Assembly: GCA_964016885.1 (NCBI GenBank)
Contig: OZ024761.1
Span: 13,888,001 to 13,952,000 of the forward strand
Direction of reading: 5' to 3'
DNA length: 64,000 nucleotides
Origin: Eledone cirrhosa
Lineage: Eukaryota
Below, in pieces: positions 52,977 to 64,000 of the stretch. The notes beneath the pieces were generated by a model. It was not told where the DNA came from, ran no database searches, and saw nothing but the letters and a program-made list of their open reading frames with translations. The position numbers were made by a program, and so were the translations under genes. Position 1 is the stretch's first letter. Every line of letters begins with the position of its first letter.

Positions 52977-55900
52977 CTGTCTGGTGGGTTAGTTGGTCAG
53001 ACAGACAGACAGACACATTACTATAGTACTATGTCTAACACTATTGACTGTGTCTGGTGGGTTAGTTGGTCAGACAGACAGACAGACAGACAGACACATT
53101 ACTATAGTACTATGTCTAACACTATTGACTGTGTATGGTGGGTTAGTTGGTCAGACAGACAGACAGACACATTATTATAGTACTATGTCTAACACTATTG
53201 ACTGTGTCTGGTGGGTTAGTTGGTCAGACAGACAGACAGACACATTACTATAGTACTATGTCTAACACTATTGACTGTGTCTGGTGGGTTAGTTGGTCAG
53301 ACAGACAGACACATTACTATAGTACTATGTCTAACACTATTGACTGTGTATGGTGGGTTAGTTGGTCAGACAGACAGACAGATTGGTACATTACTATAGT
53401 ACTATGTCTAACACTATTGACTGTGTCTGGTGGGTTAGTTGGTCAGACAGACAGACAGACAGACACATTACTATAGTACTATGTCTAACACTATTGACTG
53501 TGTATGGTGGGTTAGTTGGTCAGACAGACAGACAGACAGACACATTACTATAGTACTATGTCTAACACTATTGACTGTGTCTGGTGGGTTAGTTGGTCAG
53601 ACAGACAGACAGACACATTACTATAGTACTATGTCTAACACTATTGACTGTGTCTGGTGGGTTAGTTGGTCAGACAGACAAACAGACAGACACATTACTA
53701 TAGTACTATGTCTAACACTATTGACTGTGTATGGTGGGTTAGTTGGTCAGACAGACAGACAGACAGATTGGTACATTACTATAGTACTATGTCTAACACT
53801 ATTGACTGTGTCTGGTGGGTTAGTTGGTCAGACAGACAGACATACAGACACATTACTATAGTACTATGTCTAACACTATTGACTGTGTATGGTGGGTTAG
53901 TTGGTCAAACAGACAGACAGATTGGTACATTACTATAGTACTATGTCTAACACTATTGACTGTGTCTGGTGGGTTAGTTGGTCAGACAGACAGACAGATT
54001 GGTACATTACTATAGTACTATGTCTAACACTATTGACTGTGTATGGTGGGTTAGTTGGTCAGACAGACAGACAGACAGACACATTACTATAGTACTATGT
54101 CTAACACTATTGACTGTGTCTGGTGGGTTAGTTGGTCAGACAGACAGACAGACAGATTGGTACATTACTATAGTACTATGTCTAACACTATTGACTGTGT
54201 CTGGTGGGTTAGTTGGTCAAACAGACAGACAGATTGGTACATTACTATAGTACTATGTCTAACACTATTGACTGTGTCTGGTGGGTTAGTTGGTCAAACA
54301 GACAGACAGATTGGTACATTACTATAGTACTATGTCTAATACTATTGACTGTGTCTGGTGGGTTAGTTGGTCAGACAGACAGACAGACAGATTGGTACAT
54401 TACTATAGTACTATGTGTAACACTATTGACTGTGTCTGGTGGGTTAGTTGGTCAGACAGACAGACAGACACATTACTATAGTACTATGTCTAACACTATT
54501 GCCTGTGTCTGGTGGGTTAGTTGGTCAGACAGACAGACAGACAGATTGGTACATTACTATAGTACTATGTCTAACACTATTGACTGTGTCTGGTAGGTTA
54601 GTTGGTCAAACAGACAGACAGATTGGTACATTACTATAGTACTATGTCTAACACTATTGACTGTGTCTGGTGGGTTAGTTGGTCAGACAGACAGACAGAT
54701 TGGTACATTACTATAGTACTATGTCTAACACTATTGACTGTGTCTGGTGGGTTAGTTGGTCAGACAGACAGACAGATTGGTACATTACTATAGTACTATG
54801 TCTAACACTATTGACTGTGTCTGGTGGGTTAGTTGGTCAGACAGACAGACAGACAGACACATTACTATAGTACTATGTCTAACACTATTGACTGTGTCTG
54901 GTGGGTTAGTTGGTCAGACAGACAGACAGACAGATTGGTACATTACTATAGTACTATGTCTAACACTATTGACTGTCTGGTGGGTTAGTTGGTCAGACAG
55001 ACAGACAGACAGATTGGTACATTACTATAGTACTATGTCTAACACTATTGACTGTGTCTGGTGGTTTAGTTGGTCAAACAGACAGACAGACAGATTGGTA
55101 CATTATTATAGTACTATGTCTAACACTATTGACTGTGTCTGGTGGGTTAGTTGGTCAGACAGACAGACAGATTGGTACATTACTATAGTACTATGTCTAA
55201 CACTATTGACTGTGTCTGGTGGTTTAGTTGGTCAAACAAACAGACAGACAGACAGATTGGTACATTACTATAGTACTATATCTAACACTATTGACTGTGT
55301 CTGGTAGGTTAGTTGGTCAAACAGACAGACAGATTGGTACATTACTATAGTACTATGTCTAACACTATTGACTGTGTCTGGTGGGTTAGTTGGTCAGACA
55401 GACAGACAGATTGGTACATTACTATAGTACTATGTCTAACACTATTGACTGTGTCTGGTAGGTTAGTTGGTCAAACAGACAGACAGATTGGTACATTACT
55501 ATAGTACTATGTCAAAAACTATTGACTGTGTCTGGTGGTTTAGTTGGTCAAACAGACAGACAGACAGATTGGTACATTATTATAGTACTATGTCTAACAC
55601 TATTGACTGTGTCTGGTGGGTTAGTTGGTCAAACAGACAGATTGGTACATTATTATAGTACTATGTCTAACACTATTGACTGTGTCTGGTAGGTTAGTTG
55701 GTCAAACAGACAGACAGATTGGTACATTACTATAGTACTATGTCTAACACTATTGACTGTGTCTGGTAGGTTAGTTGGTCAGACAGACAGACAGACAGAT
55801 TGGTACATTACTATAGTACTATGTCTAACACTATTGACTGTGTCTGGTGGGTTAGTTGGTCAGACAGACAGACAGACACATTACTATAGTACTATGTCTA

Positions 55901-58900
55901 ACACTATTGACTGTGTATGGTGGGTTAGTTGGTCAGACAGACAGACAGATTGGTACATTACTATAGTACTATGTCTAACACTATTGACTGTGTCTGGTGG
56001 GTTAGTTGGTCAGACAGACAGACAGACAGACACATTACTATAGTACTATGTCTAACACTATTGACTGTGTATGGTGGGTTAGTTGGTCAGACAGACAGAC
56101 AGACACATTACTATAGTACTATGTCTAACACTATTGACTGTGTCTGGTGGGTTAGTTGGTCAAACAGACAGACACATTACTATAGTACTATGTCTAACAC
56201 TATTGACTGTGTCTGGTGGGTTAGTTGGTCAGACAGACAGACAGACACATTACTATAGTACTATGTCTAACACTATTGACTGTGTCTGGTGGGTTAGTTG
56301 GTCAGACAGACAAACAGACAGACACATTACTATAGTACTATGTCTAACACTATTGACTGTGTATGGTGGGTTAGTTGGTCAGACAGACAGACAGATTGGT
56401 ACATTACTATAGTACTATGTCTAACACTATTGACTGTGTCTGGTGGGTTAGTTGGTCAGACAGACAGACAGACAGACACATTACTATAGTACTATGTCTA
56501 ACACTATTGACTGTGTATGGTGGGTTAGTTGGTCAAACAGACAGACAGATTGGTACATTACTATAGTACTATGTCTAACACTATTGACTGTGTCTGGTGG
56601 GTTAGTTGGTCAGACAAACAGACAGATTGGTACATTACTATAGTACTATGTCTAACACTATTGACTGTGTATGGTGGGTTAGTTGGTCAGACAGACAGAC
56701 AGACAGACACATTACTATAGTACTATGTCTAACACTATTGACTGTCTGGTGGGTTAGTTGGTCAGACAGACAGACAGATTGGTACATTACTATAGTACTA
56801 TGTCTAACACTATTGACTGTGTCTGGTGGGTTAGTTGGTCAAACAGACAGACAGATTGGTACATTACTATAGTACTATGTCTAACACTATTGACTGTGTC
56901 TGGTAGGTTAGTTGGTCAAACAGACAGACAGATTGGTACATTACTATAGTACTATGTCAAAAACTATTGACTGTGTCTGGTGGTTTAGTTGGTCAAACAG
57001 ACAGACAGACAGATTGGTACATTATTATAGTACTATGTCTAACACTATTGACTGTGTCTGGTGGGTTAGTTGGTCAAACAGACAGATTGGTACATTATTA
57101 TAGTACTATGTCTAACACTATTGACTGTGTCTGGTAGGTTAGTTGGTCAAACAGACAGACAGATTGGTACATTACTATAGTACTATGTCTAACACTATTG
57201 ACTGTGTCTGGTAGGTTAGTTGGTCAGACAGACAGACAGACAGATTGGTACATTACTATAGTACTATGTCTAACACTATTGACTGTGTCTGGTGGGTTAG
57301 TTGGTCAGACAGACAGACAGACACATTACTATAGTACTATGTCTAACACTATTGACTGTGTATGGTGGGTTAGTTGGTCAGACAGACAGACAGATTGGTA
57401 CATTACTATAGTACTATGTCTAACACTATTGACTGTGTCTGGTGGGTTAGTTGGTCAGACAGACAGACAGACAGACACATTACTATAGTACTATGTCTAA
57501 CACTATTGACTGTGTATGGTGGGTTAGTTGGTCAGACAGACAGACAGACACATTACTATAGTACTATGTCTAACACTATTGACTGTGTCTGGTGGGTTAG
57601 TTGGTCAAACAGACAGACACATTACTATAGTACTATGTCTAACACTATTGACTGTGTCTGGTGGGTTAGTTGGTCAGACAGACAGACAGACACATTACTA
57701 TAGTACTATGTCTAACACTATTGACTGTGTCTGGTGGGTTAGTTGGTCAGACAGACAAACAGACAGACACATTACTATAGTACTATGTCTAACACTATTG
57801 ACTGTGTATGGTGGGTTAGTTGGTCAGACAGACAGACAGATTGGTACATTACTATAGTACTATGTCTAACACTATTGACTGTGTCTGGTGGGTTAGTTGG
57901 TCAGACAGACAGACAGACAGACACATTACTATAGTACTATGTCTAACACTATTGACTGTGTATGGTGGGTTAGTTGGTCAAACAGACAGACAGATTGGTA
58001 CATTACTATAGTACTATGTCTAACACTATTGACTGTGTCTGGTGGGTTAGTTGGTCAGACAAACAGACAGATTGGTACATTACTATAGTACTATGTCTAA
58101 CACTATTGACTGTGTATGGTGGGTTAGTTGGTCAGACAGACAGACAGACAGACACATTACTATAGTACTATGTCTAACACTATTGACTGTCTGGTGGGTT
58201 AGTTGGTCAGACAGACAGACAGATTGGTACATTACTATAGTACTATGTCTAACACTATTGACTGTGTCTGGTGGGTTAGTTGGTCAAACAGACAGACAGA
58301 TTGGTACATTACTATAGTACTATGTCTAACACTATTGACTGTGTCTGGTGGGTTAGTTGGTCAAACAGACAGACAGATTGGTACATTACTATAGTACTAT
58401 GTCTAATACTATTGACTGTGTCTGGTGGGTTAGTTGGTCAGACAGACAGACAGAGAGATTGGTACATTACTATAGTACTATGTGTAACACTATTGACTGT
58501 GTCTGGTGGGTTAGTTGGTCAGACAGACAGACAGACACATTACTATAGTACTATGTCTAACACTATTGCCTGTGTCTGGTGGGTTAGTTGGTCAGACAGA
58601 CAGACAGACAGATTGGTACATTACTATAGTACTATGTCTAACACTATTGACTGTGTCTGGTAGGTTAGTTGGTCAAACAGACAGACAGATTGGTACATTA
58701 CTATAGTACTATGTCTAACACTATTGACTGTGTCTGGTGGGTTAGTTGGTCAGACAGACAGACAGATTGGTACATTACTATAGTACTATGTCTAACACTA
58801 TTGACTGTGTCTGGTGGGTTAGTTGGTCAGACAGACAGACAGATTGGTACATTACTATATTACTATGTCTAACACTATTGACTGTGTCTGGTGGGTTAGT

Positions 58901-61900
58901 TGGTCAGACAGACAGACAGACAGACAGACAGACACATTACTATAGTACTATGTCTAACACTATTGACTGTGTCTGGTGGGTTAGTTGGTCAGACAGACAG
59001 ACAGATTGGTACATTACTATAGTACTATGTCTAACACTATTGACTGTGTCTGGTGGGTTAGTTGGTCAGACAGACAGACAGACAGACACATTACTATAGT
59101 ACTATGTCTAACACTATTGACTGTGTCTGGTGGGTTAGTTGGTCAGACAGACAGACAGACAGATTGGTACATTACTATAGTACTATGTCTAACACTATTG
59201 ACTGTGTCTGGTGGTTTAGTTTGTCAAACAGACAGACAGACAGATTGGTACATTAATATAGTACTATATCTAACACTATTGACTGTGTCTGGTAGGTTAG
59301 TTGGTCAAACAGACAGACAGATTGGTACATTACTATAGTACTATGTCTAACACTATTGACTGTGTCTGGTGGGTTAGTTGGTCAGACAGACAGACAGACA
59401 GATTGGTACATTACTATAGTACTATGTCTAACACTATTGACTGTGTCTGGTAGGTTAGTTGGTCAAACAGACAGACAGATTGGTACATTACTATAGTACT
59501 ATGTCTAACACTATTGACTGTGTCTGGTAGGTTAGTTGGTCAAACAGACAGACAGATTGGTACATTACTATAGTACTATGTCAAACACTATTGACTGTGT
59601 CTGGTGGTTTAGTTGGTCAAACAGACAGACAGACAGATTGGTACATTATTATAGTACTATGTCTAACACTATTGACTGTGTCTGGTGGGTTAGTTGGTCA
59701 AACAGACAGATTGGTACATTATTATAGTACTATGTCTAACACTATTGACTGTGTCTGGTGGGTTAGTTGGTCAAACAGACAGATTGGTACATTACTATAG
59801 TACTATGTCTAACACTATTGACTGTGTCTGGTGGGTTAGTTGGTCAAACAGACAGACAGATTGGTACATTATTATAGTACTATGTCTAACACTATTGACT
59901 GTGTCTGGTAGGTTAGTTGGTCAAACAGACAGACAGATTGGTACATTACTATAGTACTATGTCTAACACTATTGACTGTGTCTGGTAGGTTAGTTGGTCA
60001 GACAGACAGACAGACAGATTGGTACATTACTATAGTACTATGTCTAACACTATTGACTGTGTCTGGTAGGTTAGTTGGTCAAACAGACAGACAGACAGAT
60101 TGGTACATTACTATAGTACTATGTCTAACACTATTGACTGTGTCTGGTAGGTTAGTTGGTCAAACAGACAGACAGATTGGTACATTATTATAGTACTATG
60201 TCTAACACTATTGACTGTGTCTGGTAGGTTAGTTGGTCAAACAGACAGACAGACAGATTGGTACATTACTATAGTACTATGTCTAACACTATTGACTGTG
60301 TCTGGTGGGTTAGTTGGTCAAACAGACAGACAGACAGATTGGTACATTACTATAGTACTATGTCTAACACTATTGACTGTGTCTGGTAGGTTAGTTGGTC
60401 AAACAGACAGACAGATTGGTACATTATTATAGTACTATGTCTAACACTATTGACTGTGTCTGGTAGGTTAGTTGGTCAAACAGACAGACAGATTGGTACA
60501 TTATTATAGTACTATGTCTAACACTATTGACTGTGTCTGGTGGGTTAGTTGGTCAAACAGACAGATTGGTACATTATTATAGTACTATGTCTAACACTAT
60601 TGACTGTGTCTGGTAGGTTAGTTGGTCAAACAGACAGACAGATTGGTACATTATTATAGTACTATGTCTAACACTATTGACTGTGTCTGGTAGGTTAGTT
60701 GGTCAAACAGACAGACAGATTGGTACATTACTATAGTACTATGTCTAACACTATTGACTGTGTCTGGTAGGTTAGTTGGTCAAACAGACAGACAGACAGA
60801 TTGGTACATTATTATAGTACTATGTCTAACACTATTGACTGTGTCTGGTAGGTTAGTTGGTCAAACAGACAGACAGATTGGTACATTACTATAGTACTAT
60901 GTCTAACACTATTGACTGTGTCTGGTAGGTTAGTTGGTCAAACAGACAGACAGACAGATTGGTACATTATTATAGTACTATGTCTAACACTATTGACTGT
61001 GTCTGGTAGGTTAGTTGGTCAAACAGACAGACAGATTGGTACATTACTATAGTACTATGTCTAACACTATTGACTGTGTCTGGTAGGTTAGTTGGTCAAA
61101 CAGACAGACAGACAGATTGGTACATTACTATAGTACTATGTCTAACACTATTGACTGTGTCTGGTAGGTTAGTTGGTCAAACAGACAGACAGACAGATTG
61201 GTACATTACTATAGTACTATGTCTAACACTATTGACTGTGTCTGGTGGGTTAGTTGGTCAAACAGACAGACAGATTGGTACATTACTATAGTACTATGTC
61301 TAACACTATTGACTGTGTCTGGTGGGTTAGTTGGTCAAACAGACAGACAGATTGGTACATTACTATAGTACTATGTCTAACACTATTGACTGTGTCTGGT
61401 AGGTTAGTTGGTCAAACAGACAGACAGACAGATTGGTACATTACTATAGTACTATGTCTAACACTATTGACTGTGTCTGGTGGGTTAGTTGGTCAAACAG
61501 ACAGACAGTTTGGTACATTACTATAGTACTATGTCTAACACTATTGACTGTGTCTGGTAGGTTAGTTGGTCAAACAGACAGACAGACAGATTGGTACATT
61601 ACTATAGTACTATGTCTAACACTATTGACTGTGTCTGGTGGGTTAGTTGGTCAAACAGACAGACAGATTGGTACATTACTATAGTACTATGTCTAACACT
61701 ATTGACTGTGTCTGGTAGGTTAGTTGGTCAAACAGACAGACAGACAGATTGGTACATTACTATAGTACTATGTCTAACACTATTGACTGTGTCTGGTAGG
61801 TTAGTTGGTCAAACAGACAGACAGACAGATTGGTACATTACTATAGTACTATGTCTAACACTATTGACTGTGTCTGGTGGGTTAGTTGGTCAAACAGGCA

Positions 61901-62665
61901 GACAGATTGGTACATTACTATAGTACTATGTCTAACACTATTGACTGTGTCTGGTAGGTTAGTTGGTCAAACAGACAGACAGACAGATTGGTACATTACT
62001 ATAGTACTATGTCTAACACTATTGACTGTGTCTGGTAGGTTAGTTGGTCAAACAGACAGACAGATTGGTACATTACTATAGTACTATGTCTAACACTATT
62101 GACTCTGTCTGGTAGGTTAGTTGGTCAAACAGACAGACAGACAGATTGGTACATTATTATAGTACTATGTCTAACACTATTGACTGTGTCTGGTAGGTTA
62201 GTTGGTCAAACAGACAGACAGACAGATTGGTACATTATTATAGTACTATGTCTAACACTATTGACTGTGTCTGGTAGGTTAGTTGGTCAAACAGACAGAC
62301 AGATTGGTACATTACTATAGTACTATGTCTAACACTATTGACTGTGTCTGGTGGGTTAGTTGGTCAAACAGACAGACAGACAGATTGGTACTTTATTATA
62401 GTACTATGTCTAACACTATTGACTGTGTCTGGTAGGTTAGTTGGTCAAACAGACAGACAGATTGGTACATTACTATAGTACTATGTCTAACACTATTGAC
62501 TGTGTCTGGTGGGTTAGTTGGTCAAACAGACAGACAGATTGGTACATTACTATAGTACTATGTCTAACACTATTGACTGTGTCTGGTAGGTTAGTTGGTC
62601 AAACAGACAGCAGACAGATTGGTACATTACTGTAGTACTATGTCTAACACTATTGACTGTGTCTG
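52977..62665. repeat. ~77-bp satellite array (~9.7 kb) with embedded (GACA)n
   Basis: Unit gtgtctggtgggttagttggtca(gaca)n gattggtacattactatagtactatgtctaacactattgact; length varies in 4-bp steps. Confidence 0.98.
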
Positions 62666-62691
62666 TGTGACCCTGCCTTTCTGTCTCTGTT

Positions 62692-63917
62692 ACCATCATC
62701 ATCATCACCATCCCATCACCACCACCACCACTGCCCCCCCCCCCCCCACCACATCTTCACCACTAGACCCACTACCACACCACCACTACTAACATCACAC
62801 CACCACTACTAACATCACACCACCACTATCACCAACACCACCATCACCACCACTACTACTACTATCACACCACCACCACCACCACCACCACCACCACCAC
62901 TACCACCACCACCAACACCACCACCACCATGACACCACCATTACTACCATCACACCACCATCACCACCACTACTACCATCACACCACCACCACCACCACC
63001 ACCACCACCACCACCACCACCACCACCACCAACACCACCACCACCACCATCACACCACCATTACTACCATCACACCACCATCACCACCACTACTACCATC
63101 ACACCACCACCACCACCACCACCACCACCACCACCACCACCACCACCAACACCACCACCATCACACCACCATTACTACCATCACACCACCAACACCACCA
63201 CTACTACCATCACACCACCACCACCACCACCAACACCACCACCATCTTACCACCACCACCACCACCAACACCACCACCCTCACACCACCACCAACACCAC
63301 CACCACCACTATCAGCTATCTGCATTTGGTCTTGTGATATTATAATGCATCTAGTGATGTCATGGCTGCACACTGCATACTGCATACTGCATCACTGCAT
63401 CACTGTGTGTGTGTGTGTATATCTCTCTCTTTCTCTGTGTGTGTGTGTGTATATCTCTCTTTCTCTGTGTGTGTGTGTCTAGATCTGTGCATATGTATAT
63501 GCATGTTTGTGTATATGCATGTAAGTCTGTGTGTATGTAAGTGCGTGGCTGTGTGTGTGTATATGCTTGTGTGTATTCTGTGTGTGTATGTGTGTATGTA
63601 TATTCTATATGTGTATATATGTGTGTATGTAAGTCTGTATGTATTTTTGTGTGTTTGTAAGTCTGCATGTATTTTTGTGTGTATATATATGTGTGTGTGT
63701 AAGTCTGTGTGTATTCTGTGTGTGTATATGTGTATGTAAGTCTGTGTGTGTTCTGTGTGTATGTGTGTATTCTGTGTGTATATGTGTATTCTGTGTGTGT
63801 ATATGTGTATGTAAGTCTGTGTATTCTGTGTGTATGTGTGTATTCTGTGTGTGTGTGTGTGTATTCTGTGTGTGTATATGTGTATGTAAGTCTGTGTATT
63901 CTGTGTGTATGTGTGTA

Positions 63918-63955
<38 letters not shown>

Positions 63956-64000
63956 TCTGTGTGTGTATATGTGTATGTAAGTCTGTGTATTCTGTGTGTG
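62692..64000. repeat. (ACC)n tract to 63310 and (GT)-rich tract from 63400
   Basis: Directly visible. Confidence 0.92.

Noticed and set aside
52977-62665. CRISPR-like appearance or many small ORFs in the 77-bp array
   Set aside because: There are no unique spacers or cas genes, the context is eukaryotic, and no hammerhead core is seen in the unit.

Overview
Repeat-rich animal genomic DNA, most likely from a coleoid cephalopod (octopus-like); this is inferred from the repeat families and one squid-like exon. The only convincing host coding sequence is an 84-nt internal exon of syntaxin-1 (34179-34262, +). The rest is intronic or intergenic: RTE-clade LINE fragments (one with a long RT ORF), a CR1-clade LINE 3' end, two tRNA-derived SINE families, Helitron, piggyBac-, hAT- and Tc1/mariner-type non-autonomous elements, and many micro-, mini- and satellites. 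The most striking feature is a near-perfect 467-bp tandem array (10164-13792) in which all 8 copies carry an intact minimal type I hammerhead ribozyme (minus strand) in a hairpin-rich monomer. This is a candidate non-LTR retrozyme (circular RNA-producing) locus. At least five other hammerhead families of the Penelope type are scattered through (TA)n tracts, some within long palindromes. Almost all long ORFs in the track are repeat artefacts. All calls were made by eye; no database searches were run.
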